From NCBI GenBank assembly GCA_951406725.2, contig OX597830.1, positions 2,666,001-2,730,000 on the forward strand: a DNA stretch of 64,000 bases. The letters run 5' to 3'. Of this stretch, positions 24,817 through 35,606 are shown one piece after another. Position numbers and translations under genes: made by a program. How positions within the stretch are numbered: position 1 is the first letter of the stretch; the number at the start of each line of letters is the position of its first letter. The notes beneath the pieces were generated by a model. That model had not been told where the DNA came from, did not search any database, and saw nothing but the letters and a program-made list of their open reading frames with translations. Source of the stretch: Octopus vulgaris (taxonomy: Eukaryota).

Positions 24817-25230
24817 GACGCAGGAGTGGCTGTGTGATAAGTAGCTTGCTTACAAACCTCATGGTTCTGGGTTTAGTCCCATTACATGGTACCTTGGGCA
24901 AGTGTCTTCTACTATAGCCTCATGCCGACCAAAGCCTTGTGAGTGGATTTGGTAGATGGAAACTGAAAGAAGCCCGTCGTATATATGCATATATATATAT
25001 ATGTATGTGTGCATGTATACATTTGTGTGTCTGTGTTTGTCCCCATAACATCGCTTGACAACCGATGCTGGTGTGTTTACGTCTCCGTAACTTAGCAGTT
25101 CGGCAAAAGAGACCGATAGAATAAGTACTAAGCTTACAAAGAATAAGTCCTGGGGTTGATTTGCTCAACTAAAAGCGGTGCTCCAGCATGACCACAGTCA
25201 AATGACTGAAACAAGTAAAAGAACAAAAGA
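24817..25230 (+). mobile_element. SINE family B, full length, with internal (TA/TG) tract
   Basis: A-box 'tggctgtgtga', B-box-like 'gggtttagtccc', 'ccttgggcaagtgtcttctactatagcc', tail 'gactgaaacaagtaaaagaacaaaaga'. Confidence 0.88.
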
Positions 25231-25259
25231 GCAGACTAATACTACTGTTTCTTCCATTA

Positions 25260-25297
<38 letters not shown>

Positions 25298-27125
25298 AGT
25301 ATTAATAGTAATGCTTCAAATTTTGGCACCACCCCAACAAGTTCAGGTGAGTGGGTAAGTCTACACTGACCCCAGTGCTCAACTGGCATTTACTTTACCA
25401 ACCTTGAAAGGATGAAAGGCAAAGTTGACCTCGGTGGCATTTGAACTCAGGACAAAAACCCAGTGGTAATTGTTAGTGACAGTTAGGGAAGGCAAAGAGG
25501 AGATAATTTTAAGAAATTAAGAATGAATTTTAAAATATTAAATTCAAATGCATCAGGAAATATCTGATGTTTATTAACCGAAAATGTGACAGACATGCAT
25601 GTTTCAGTGTTATTGAACTTCATCATTGAAACAGGTCGGTCATATGCAGCTTAAACTTGCAATTTCACCATTCCCAGGAGAACTACAGCTATGAAAATGG
25701 ATATATTATTCTGTGATAGCTGCAAAATATCCTAGCATTGTTAAATATTGATAATTGATATAGCATTTGTTTATTAACTTAATGTCATGTTATTGGTGAC
25801 TTCAAACAGACATTTAAAGTGATGGTCAAATATGAGCTGGTTCCAGTGTGAGTGGACACTTCAAAGGTTGCTTCATTTTTACCTCTGTTCAAACAATATA
25901 TATTCTTTAAGCTAGCTTTTTGGTTCTTCTAAAGGGAAGTGTTTATTATGACTTTTTTTTCAATGGTACTGTGCCAATGTTGATAAGAAATACAGAAATC
26001 ATAAAATTTCAGATCACACACTAATATTGAATTGGCACAATTTACCAATAATACAACTTTGATTTACTAGCCAAAACCGTTTTTGGCTGGGAAGCTATCT
26101 CAGCTGGGGGTGGGGTGTGTGGGTTGTGCTGATGCAAGAGAAGAAGTAGAAGAACAGATATTCCTGTAAAAGGCCAGCCATTCCTCAGAAGTGTTCTGTC
26201 AATTTTCCTTCCTAGCATAGCAAATCTCTTTCAATCGCATCCAATAATCCTCCTCTCATTACATACAAGCTGAAGTTCCAGGCCAAACTGCAGATTCCAA
26301 TGCCATACTTGAGATTTAGTCTTCATTAAACCAAAGTAGTTTTATTTCTCCTTCCAGTCTCTCTCGAACAAGGCAGTATTTGATGTTACAGATCAATAAA
26401 TTTATCATTTATCACTCACAGATTTTCCTATCGCTACAAATCAATTCGACTCTTGTAAGGATTCTTCTCCATATTCCAACATCAATATGTTCTATTTAAC
26501 CATTGTAGATATAATTTACATTGAGACCACGCAGACAAAGGTCTGCTGGAATTATTCATTTCATATGATAACGCAATAGATACAGCAATTCCAGTCGACA
26601 ATGGAATGGTTGCTACCAATTTAAGTATTGGTGGAATACGTTAATAAGTTATAGTTTTACTATCACAGTCGATATGTTATGGCTTTACAGATTAACAAGT
26701 TAATCTTTGATTAAACAGTAGTCTTGCTTTGAATGCATCAAGATTTTGCTTTGAAATTCTTACAAATTCAACCCACCTACTCAACATGTAGGTTAAGAAG
26801 TTTTACTTTGCAGCCGTGGTGTTTCTAGGTTCAATCTACTCTGAAAACGTTCATTGAGTATCTCCATCTCAAAGCAGAAAGAACTGTACCTTCTGGTAAC
26901 CAAAACTGTGTTTGTACTTCTCTGATTTCATGCACTTTTGTAACAGTAAAGGGAAATTGACTCAGTCCTCCAATAGGTAAGGGACACTAGACAAATACAG
27001 GGGTCAAGGGTTCAATATAGATAATTGATTTAATCTTAGGAGAAGCACGAATTTATAGATTGTAAATTTCTCTGGAACTAAGATTAGAATTTTATATGGG
27101 TAAGTACTTGCTTAACATCTAGTTA

Positions 27126-28414
27126 CGAGGGACGTTCAATAAGTAATGCCTCTGACCCACTTGCAGTTGTTTGATCCAGCTGACATTTTGCATGTGCAAT
27201 TATTTATATCTCTATAGATTAAGTGATAAATTGCAGCTCTGAACTAATTGTGGTTTCTGATTTACAGGTGTTTGAACTGAGTCAAGTGTGAAATGGAGCC
27301 TGTTGAGTGGCGAGCAGTGATCCGGTTTTTGTATTTGAAAGGACGCACACCACGGAAGACTTTTGATGAAATGAAAGTAACTTATGGTGATGATGCCCCA
27401 TCATATGACCTTGTAAAACGCTGGCATCGTGAATTCAAACATGGTCGGAACTCTGTGGAAACAGCTCCCAGATCTGGTCGCCCCCTTCTGCCATTGATGA
27501 GGCATCTGTCCGTCAAGTTGAGGCTGCCATTTTGGAAGATCGACGCATAATTATTCGCCAAATAGCCCATGAGGTCAAGATTAGTACCGGGTCTGTGGAA
27601 ACTATTATTCATGACCATCTGCATATGCAAAAGGTGTCTGCCAAATGGATTCCCAGGTTGCTCACACCTTTCCAGAAGCATGAACGCATCGAGTACTCGA
27701 AGATGAATTTGGAGATGTGCCAAGAAGATGAGTCAAAATTTTTCAAAAGTCTGATTACACAGGATGAAACCTGGGTCCATCACTATGATCCAGAGACCAA
27801 AGCCCAGTCAATGCAGTGGAAGCACCGTGACTCACCTCCTCCAAAGAAGGCAAGGGTGCAGCCCTCCACTGGTAAAGTCATGCTCACAGTCTTCTGGGAC
27901 CAGGACGGAGTAGTGATGACAGATTTCCTGGCAAAGGGTACCACAATTACAGGAGCCTATTATGCTTCACTTTTGAGGAAATTAAGAGAAGCTATCAAAA
28001 TCAAGAGGTGGGGCAAGATCAGCAAAGGCATCCTCCTCCTGCAAGACAACGCTCCGGTCCACAACTCGCGTGTCACCAGATCAGAAGCACAGGCATGCGG
28101 CTATGAACTCCTCCCCATCACCCTACTCTCCTGACCTTGCACCTCTAATTTTCACCTCTTCCCAGCCATGAAGTTGTTTTTGAAAGGAAAGTGTTTCCTA
28201 GATGATGCAGCCTTGATTTCTGAAGTCACGTCGTGGTTGGAGGACCAAGCTGGGATCTTCTATAAAAACGGTCTCCAGAGCTGCATCAAACGATGGGAGA
28301 AATGCGTAACTCTGGGTGGTTTTTATGTAGAAAAATACTAATAACTGTGCCAAATTTCGTTGCTCTACTGCTATGGGAAGTGGGTCAGGGGCATTACTTA
28401 TTGAACGCCCCTCG
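27126..28414 (+). mobile_element. Full-length mariner transposon (~1.29 kb)
   Basis: ~37-bp TIRs (cgagggacgttcaataagtaatgcctctgacccactt / aagtgggtcaggggcattacttattgaacgcccctcg) with TA TSD at 27124-25 and 28415-16. Confidence 0.97.
27293..28341 (+). pseudogene. Mariner DD34D transposase, frameshifted
   Basis: MEPVEWRAVIRFL, RSGRP, KWIPRLL, ITQDETW, LLQDNAPVH, YSPDLA..SNFHLF (third D appears as N). Frameshifts near 27485 and 28120-28145. Stop TAA at 28339-28341. Confidence 0.92.
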
Positions 28415-28418
28415 TACT

Positions 28419-28649
28419 TATTTCTTTACTGCCCACAAGGGGCTACACACAGAGAGGACAAACAAGGAAAGACAAACGGATTAAGTCGATTACATCGACC
28501 CCAGTGCGTGACTGGTACTTAATTTATTGACCCCGAAAGGATGAAAGCAAAGTCAACCTCAGCGGAATTTGAACTCAGAACATAGCGGTAGAGGAAATAC
28601 TGCGAGGCATTTCACCTGGCATGCTAACGTTTCTGCCAGCTTGCTGCCA
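28419..28649 (-). mobile_element. SINE family A, full length, 15-bp TSD
   Basis: Head 'ggcagcaagctggcagaaacgttagcatgcc' and tail 'gtaaagaaata'. TSD taacatctagttact; the left copy is split by the mariner. Confidence 0.9.
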
Positions 28650-28734
28650 TAACATCTAGTTACTGGGTGTGTCATCAGTACAAAAACAAGGTTTTTCTGT
28701 GAGGGCTTGCTTAGGTAATACTACAAACAACTAT

Positions 28735-29312
28735 ATATATAGACAAAATATGCGAGTTTAGTTCACAGGTGATCTAAACGATTAGGTACGCTATGTAAGT
28801 GCTGTAACAGATTACTAGGGCTCCAAGGCTATAGCCAAGACAGTAGTTATGAAGCTATTGCAGATTTTCGATATAGCAAATATATAGTTGCTAAAGAGGA
28901 CAACAAACATCTCAAGTCATACATTATTATTACCGGAAAAAAAAATTCAAAGTCTCACTGCTGTTTCTGCGATATTCCATCATCAGAAACAAATAGAGAA
29001 AACGAGGAGATAAACGACGTAGAGGAAATACAGAAAGGAATAAGGAGATGAAGAAAGAGAAGAAAAAATAACTTTTATGCTTCTTTCTTCTTCTCTTTTT
29101 TCTTCTTATTCCTTTATTCATGTCCTCTATGTCGTCATTTCATTAATCTATACTCTTCTCGTTTCCCTATTTGTCTCTGATGATGGAATATCCCATACTC
29201 TGGGATATCTCAGAAACAGCTGTAAGCCTGAATTTTTTCTGATGATAATAATGTATATGACTTGAGATGTTTGCCTTGCCTTAACGTTTGTTGTCCTCTT
29301 TAACAATTATAT
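28735..29312. mobile_element. Foldback insert IR4 (diverged arms ~28882-29075/29082-29312) with hammerhead motifs, between (TA)n tracts
   Basis: Inverted pairs include 'taaagaggacaacaaac'/'gtttgttgtcctcttta' and 'aaacatctcaagtcata'/'tatgacttgagatgttt'. Confidence 0.85.
29173..29228 (+). ncRNA. Minimal type-I hammerhead motif (IR4)
   Basis: gtct-CTGATGA-tggaatatccca(tactc)tgggatatctca-GAAAC-AGCT-GTA-agcc. Palindromic ACAGCTGT stem III. One stem I mismatch; the other arm retains agac. Confidence 0.72.
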
Positions 29313-29469
29313 ATATATATATATATATGTATATTCAAATATTCTATAATTAAAAACATAATTATAATTAGGGTCAGTTAATTGCTTCACCACATTTAGA
29401 ATTTAGAAATAGGAGTTAAAAATTCCTTTTCTACTACTGTAAGAATCACCCTAATTTTCTATTATTAAT

Positions 29470-29514
<45 letters not shown>

Positions 29515-29521
<7 letters not shown>

Positions 29522-29690
29522 GGAGAGTTTACGAAAAAACAAAAGACGAAGACAGGTGGTGTACAAAACAAACAGATGTATTAGTATAACGCTCAGGAAT
29601 AGAAAAAGTCTTTTACGCTTCGAGCCTACGCTCTTTTACAGAAAGGGACACAGAAAAAACAAGGAGAGAAACAAAGAGAGAAAAAAAAGG
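29515..29690 (-). mobile_element. PLE-type terminal fragment with variant hammerhead, next to (TA)n
   Basis: Same family as 50780-50960. Minus strand reads cttt-CTGTAAA-a-gagcgtaggctc-GAAGC-GTA-aaag. Confidence 0.6.
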
Positions 29691-29847
29691 AGATATATAT
29701 ATATATATAAAATTTTGCATCAACTTGTAGGATGCCAAGAATCGCTAGAGCAAATTTTAAGTGCCACTTGTATTTACTTGGTGTGTGTGTCTGTTATAGA
29801 GTAAAATGGATGGCCAGGCATGGATGGAACGACTTAGATCAATGTAA

Positions 29848-30510
29848 TTTAATAATATACCTTACATATCTACATACAACCCCAGAAACAAAGAAGCCTT
29901 CACCATCATCACCCAGAATTTACCAATACTTCATAAGGACCCCAAATTAAAGGAAATTCTAAACATACACCAAATCATTAAAAGCTACAAACAACCTAAA
30001 TCACTTAAAAAGATTCTCACAAAGGCAAAATTGTTTTCTGAAATTACGGATGCAAAAGTAAAAAAATGTGGTAGACCGAACTGTGCAACATGTCCAAACC
30101 TGCTAGAAGGATCAGAATTCTTCTTCAAAGAGGGACAGAAATTCAAGATCAAATCTAATTTTACTTGTGCCTCTGAAAACATAATTTGTGTCATAAAATG
30201 CTCGGGCTGCCACCAAGACTACATGGGATCCACGGGACTATCACTCAGATGTAGATGCACACTGCATCGACAACAGATTGCATTCCCAGAATACAGAATG
30301 ATACCTTTTAGTGAGCACATTGAGAAATGCGCAAAGCAACTACTACCACAATTTTTAATCTTTCCATTTTACCAATGTGCTATCGGATCATCAACACAAA
30401 CTAGACTAAACAAGGAAACATTCTTCATTGAAAAGTACAAGCCCAGACTTAACCATTCCAACATACTGATACAGAGAAATTCACCCCAAAGGAAAGGAAA
30501 AAAATTTTAA
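29848..30510 (+). pseudogene. Penelope-like retroelement C-terminus: linker, Cys motif and GIY-YIG endonuclease (Neptune-like), 5'-truncated
   Basis: The open frame extends upstream of the listed ORF: IPYISTYNP..SYKQPKSLKKIL..KCGRPNCATC..FTCASENIICVIKCSGCHQDYMGST..LRCRCTLH..RLNKETFFI..KPRLN. Confidence 0.88.
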
Positions 30511-30619
30511 GCGATTATCTCCCTTACACCGGAAGAAATCACTTATTACCTCCCCTTATTTAGAACTCTTTTCAACATAAACATAACGATAACTCTTCTA
30601 AACATAAACATAACGATGT

Positions 30620-30659
30620 AAGAAATTTGAAAAGCTAAACGCGAAACCGGTCATTTCTT
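30620..30659 (+). ncRNA. Minimal type-I hammerhead ribozyme, U3-A8 covariant core, in the PLE 3' region
   Basis: Stem I aagaaat/atttctt (7 bp), core TTGAAAA, stem II GC(taaac)GC, GAAAC, palindromic ACCGGT, GUC triplet 30650-30652. Confidence 0.78.
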
Positions 30660-31980
30660 CTAAACTATGTCATTGTAAGAAAAAAATTTATAATATTCTT
30701 CAAATATATTGACTCAAATATATATTTTTTAACCTTTTAAAACAAGCCTTCTGTAGTTTTTTCACTTTTTACTATTTTCTATATATATACATATATATAT
30801 ATATTTACATCTATGGATGTATGTATATGTATATGTGTGCATATGTGTATATGTGTGTGCATGTGTACATGTGTATGTATATATATATGCATGTATATGT
30901 ATGCCAATGTGTGCATATGTATGAGTATGCATGTATAAGTATGCACATGCGTTCATGTGAATGCATGTCATCAGCAAGACATTTACTCTTCTCCATCTTT
31001 CATAGTTTCTTTCTCTTGCTCATGCCCAACTCAGTTGAGGGGTCTAACCTTGTGGGCACTTGGTGAACTCATCAGTGCTTGTGCCTCATAAAAAGCACAC
31101 AGTCCATTCTGTTAAATGGTCAGCATTAGGAAGGGCATCCAGCTGTAGAAACTTATGCCAGCATGGAAAAAGGGACATTAAAAGATGATGATGACAACAA
31201 CGGTGAGGTTATATATACATGTGCATATATGTAACACTGACACGTTGTTGCTATGACACAATATGTACCTAAGTGGAGTTATATCAGGTGAATAGTAATT
31301 CAAAGGAGTGAAAACTTTCCCTCAACCCCCGATACTTGTGATGTGGTGCTACCTTAAACAAGATCTATTCTCTGTTGGTGAAGGAAGCCCTACTCTCAAC
31401 TTTCAGTTAAGTGAGTAGAATTAAGAAGATCATCCAACCGTAAACCATTCAATCTCTGGCAATCCACAGAAATGTCTATTATTTGCAGAGACATCCAACT
31501 CAAGTAGAAATATTAATGTTTAAATGTGGAAATAAAAACACAAGTTTTACAAATGCGATTATCGCTGAGTCTTTCCTAATTTCCTCTTCAAAACTAAACA
31601 TTCGAAAATCTCTGGAATCTTGTCAAAAACAAAGATGTAGTAGTGACACATTCGAATACCGCTTTTGACATCTGGTTCGATCAAGCTTCCCAGAAAATCC
31701 TGAATATTTTCTTTCTCTTTTACTTCACACACACAAACTTACTTTCACAAATACGTGAACATACACAGAACTGTAAGCGCAAACACACACACAACGCACA
31801 TACACTCACACACACACACACACACACACATGTATGCTCATGTATCTGCTCTTGTCTTTCATTCTTTGTAATTATCTCTTTATCTATCTTAACTCTTTCT
31901 TCCATGTTCCTGTCTTTCACAGTCTCTCCCCCTTTTTTCCTTACTTCCTCTCTCTCACTCTCTCAGTCCGTCCATACGCA

Positions 31981-32015
<35 letters not shown>

Positions 32016-33059
32016 CTCTACAACACTGCCATGACAAAATATTCTCCACACTCACAAGTTTAGTCCATTGCATGTGTGTGTATGTGCATGTGAGCATTTA
32101 GGTGTGTGTGTTTACGAGCAAATGTGTGTGTGGGAGAATGTGTGCACGAGAGAATGTGTGTGTGTGTGTGTGTGACTATATATGAATACTAAATAATGAT
32201 GATGATGATGATGATGATACAAAGCAAATTTTAAAAGCTTAATAATGCAGTTTTAAGAAAAGATTGTTTTGTTTTTTTTATTATATATTGTTTTGTTTTT
32301 TAGTTGAGAATCTCTGACCTCTGTGGCTCCTTTTTCAAATATTCCAGCAGAAGAAGGAAAGAATATCATGACTCTCACAAAAACTGCTTTTGGTGAAGGC
32401 AAAAATGAAAAATGTTTCAATGAAAATAGCAATTTAGATTCTATATGTTACATAAATTACTGGCCAATTAGCCAGGTGGCATTCTTTATTTACAGCATGT
32501 GGCTGGGTCAGAGAATCATATAAAAGCAACCAAAGTTATTTTCCTGTTGCACTACCAATGGAACAACAACATCCACAGCCTCTAAAGAACTGATCTCCAT
32601 TTCCAAATTCCTGTTCCTCAGCTAACAGCCATCCCTCCATCAATCTCCTATCTATGGAACAACTCATTCAGCTGCTAGAAATGATGTTTAATTTCCCAAC
32701 ACTTCACTTTGTCTCCCTTCAGGTGTCCTTTATCCCCTTCTCCTCCTCCCTCATCTGCTCCTATTTCCCTCATTTCTCCTCCTCCAAGACTGATATTTGC
32801 TGCATCCAGCTCAGATTCCATATTCAATCATCTGTCACTTACTTTTCACGTGAACTCACGTATCTGCCAGCCCAACTTTTTCTGCTTTTCTCTCCTTATT
32901 CTTTCTCTTGTATCCACCTTGCACCATGAGGCTGCATCCTCACAATCTCTCTCTCTCTTTCTCTCTCGGGCTGGGGAAGCCATGTATTTATGTCATTGCA
33001 AGGCACATGGTCCTATCCCTCGATCATATTTTCACAACCTTCAGTGTTACATGCCAATG

Positions 33060-33540
33060 AGAAGAGGTCTCGGCTTGTGAGTATTTTGCGACCTTATTAA
33101 TGCTGGTGGTACAAAAATAGAAGCACCCAGTCCATTCTGTGAAGTGGCTGGTATTATATTAGGAATATAATACCAACCACTGCACAGTGGCGACCTGGCA
33201 GAAACGTTAGCATGCCGGACGAAATGCGTAGCCGTATTTCGTCTGCCGTTACGTTCTGAGTTCAAATTCCGCTGAGGTCGACTTTGCCTTTCATCCTTTC
33301 GGAGTCAATAAATTAAGTACCAGTTACGCACTGGGGTTGATGTAATCGACTTAATCTCCTTGTCTGTCCTCTCTGTGTTTAGCCCCTTGTGTGTAGTAAA
33401 GAAATAGGTATTATATTAGGAAGGTCATCCAGCTGTAGCAACCATGCCAAAGCTGACAATGGACTTCAGAGCAATCCTCTGGCTAATCAGCTTGTTGACC
33501 ATTCACCTCATACCCCAGCATGGGAAATCGAGCATTAACT
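33060..33540 (+). mobile_element. RTE-type 3'-tail element interrupted by SINE A (33189-33406)
   Basis: 'aagcacccagtccattctgtgaagtggctgg...ttaggaaggtcatccagctgtag'. The inner SINE has a 16-bp TSD ggtattatattaggaa (33150-33165, 33407-33422). Confidence 0.8.
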
Positions 33541-33587
33541 GGTAGTTGTGTGTGTGTGTGTATATATATATGTGTGTGTATATATAT

Positions 33588-33930
33588 ATGGCGTTGCTCG
33601 GGTTTGTTCCTACCCTTTAGAATTGGAATTTTGAAAAGTAAAAATAAGTGAATATTTCTCTGATTGAAATACACCGAAAAATGGCGACACAGCATCAAAA
33701 AATCGTAACAAATAGGGATTTTCATAGAAAAAAAAGCACCTTTTTGATGTAAATCATATTTGGTGTTAACATGGTCCGATTTGAAGGAAAGAAGAGCAAG
33801 CCTTCTTCTATCATTCTCTCTATTTTGGTCAACTTGCGCCGCAGAGTCTCAGAGGAGATAGTGTTAGTTGAAGGCCACCAAACCTGCCATGCACAGACAA
33901 CTTCAGCTTTTATATATATATATATATATA
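33588..33930 (+). mobile_element. Possible non-autonomous Helentron/DINE-1-like (HINE) element, 5'-truncated
   Basis: Starts 'ggcgttgctcgggtttg' and ends 'cagacaacttcagcttttatatata', termini reminiscent of HINEs. Recognised by pattern only. Confidence 0.4.
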
Positions 33931-34177
33931 TCAACAATAAAGGAACGGCCATAATAGGCCATTCACCCACTAGAAATAACAGCCAAAGCTTCAACCGCAA
34001 ATAAAAGTTAATTCAGTAAACCAGGAGAAAATTTAAAAAACATTTACCCTGTTTTAAATTTTTTAATTTTTTAAATTTTCTCCTGGTTTACTGAATTAAC
34101 TTTTATTTGCGGTTGAAGCTTTGGCTGTTATTTCTAGTGGGTGAATGGCCTATTATGGCCGTTCCTTTATTGTTGAT
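33930..34177. repeat. Perfect inverted repeat IR5 (111-bp arms, 26-bp AT loop), followed by ~105-bp extension to (TA)n
   Basis: 33930-34040 is the reverse complement of 34067-34177. Confidence 0.95.
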
Positions 34178-34307
34178 GTTGAACTTAAAAATGGTCTATG
34201 ACTATCTTAATTTTTTCCTACTAGGCCGCTGGTGGCAAAAGAATTCTACAAAATTTTTTTTGCCACCCTATATTGATTAATTATATATATATATATATAT
34301 TTATATA

Positions 34308-34428
34308 CTTTATTTAAAGCAGCAGAAAATTCAACAAAACCTGTTACTCTGAGTTTCCCGTTGTAAAATTTGCAACGGGAAACTCAGAGTAACAGGTTTT
34401 GTTGACTTTTCTGCTGCTTTAAATAAAG
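34308..34428. repeat. Inverted repeat IR6 (~56-bp arms) holding only the 3' half of a hammerhead
   Basis: 34308-34363 versus 34373-34428. Contains GAAAC-TCAGA-GTA-acag. Flanked by (TA)n, with a ~70-bp right extension. Confidence 0.9.
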
Positions 34429-34896
34429 CATATTACTCTGCCACTGGTATTTGAGTACTCTTTTTTCCACCTTGTTTCACATTTATGTGTTTACTCCGGT
34501 ATATATATATATATATCATGATGTATAAAGAAATGCTGCATGTCACTAGAATTTCTTTAACTGAAGGCCACTGCAAACCATTCCAAATGCTTGTTCCTTG
34601 TTATAGCTTGTAATGGTTTGGAATCACATAACATAATGCTAAAGCATATACTGATATTCATCCCTTCAGGGTCGATAAATAAAGTACCAGTTGAGTACTG
34701 GGATCAACTTGAACCCACCCCTGGAATTGCTGGCCTTATGCCAAAATTTGAGACTGACACTAATACCATTATCATCATCACCACCACCACTACTGCTACA
34801 TAAACATGTACATACATCCAACACCAGTATGGCATTTGAGGCTGTTTTGAAACACTGCATCTATGAAAATTGCAGGCATAGCTGTGTGGTAAGACC

Positions 34897-35310
34897 AGTG
34901 GTTCCCAATCGATTTTTGGCCATGCCCCACAGAATCATTTCTAAAATCCTGATGCCCCCTTGTGATATTTAATTTTTGTTATTCAAAATTTGGTTAATGT
35001 TTACAATATTACCCGGAAACGAAATAAACGAAAAAATAGTGAAATGGATGTAAAAAGAAATGTGTAGGAAACGAATATGAAAGAAATGTGTGGAAAGCAA
35101 CGATAGGGGAGGACTGTGGAAAATTCACAAGATCCGAGGTTTTTGCCCATAACTTGGTGAGAGTTTATCGTGGATGGCGAGTATAAATCCAAATTTTAAA
35201 AATTCCTCTGAAAATTGACGAACTTTTTTTACTTGAACAATTCATTTTATGTATTTTTGAATCGGTATAACTACAGATTTGTGCGACCCCAACTTTGGAT
35301 GATCATAACC
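34897..35310. mobile_element. Possible non-autonomous hAT (Charlie-like) relic
   Basis: Starts with 'cagtggttcccaa', a typical hAT TIR. The right end 'gcgaccccaactttgg' is degenerate. Confidence 0.4.
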
Positions 35311-35561
35311 TTCACTTTTTCAGTCATGGTCTCTCAAACTCCCACAAAACTCATACCTCAGCACTACATATATATCGCTACTGCACTTACTTCTACTACT
35401 ACTACTACTGCTGCTGCTGCTATTTCCTTCTATCCAGACATTGTTTTCCAATATACTCTTATATCTACAACTTCGATCCCTTTCTCTCACTGCCTCTTCT
35501 TCATCAAATATATTTCTCTCGAATCTATAAGACTTAATACAAGACATTTGTGAAATAGCTA

Positions 35562-35606
<45 letters not shown>

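Noticed and set aside
26300-26760. Minus-strand 'PILKLVATIPLST' resembling a hAT dimerisation motif
   Set aside because: A single weak motif among many stops, with no TIRs found.
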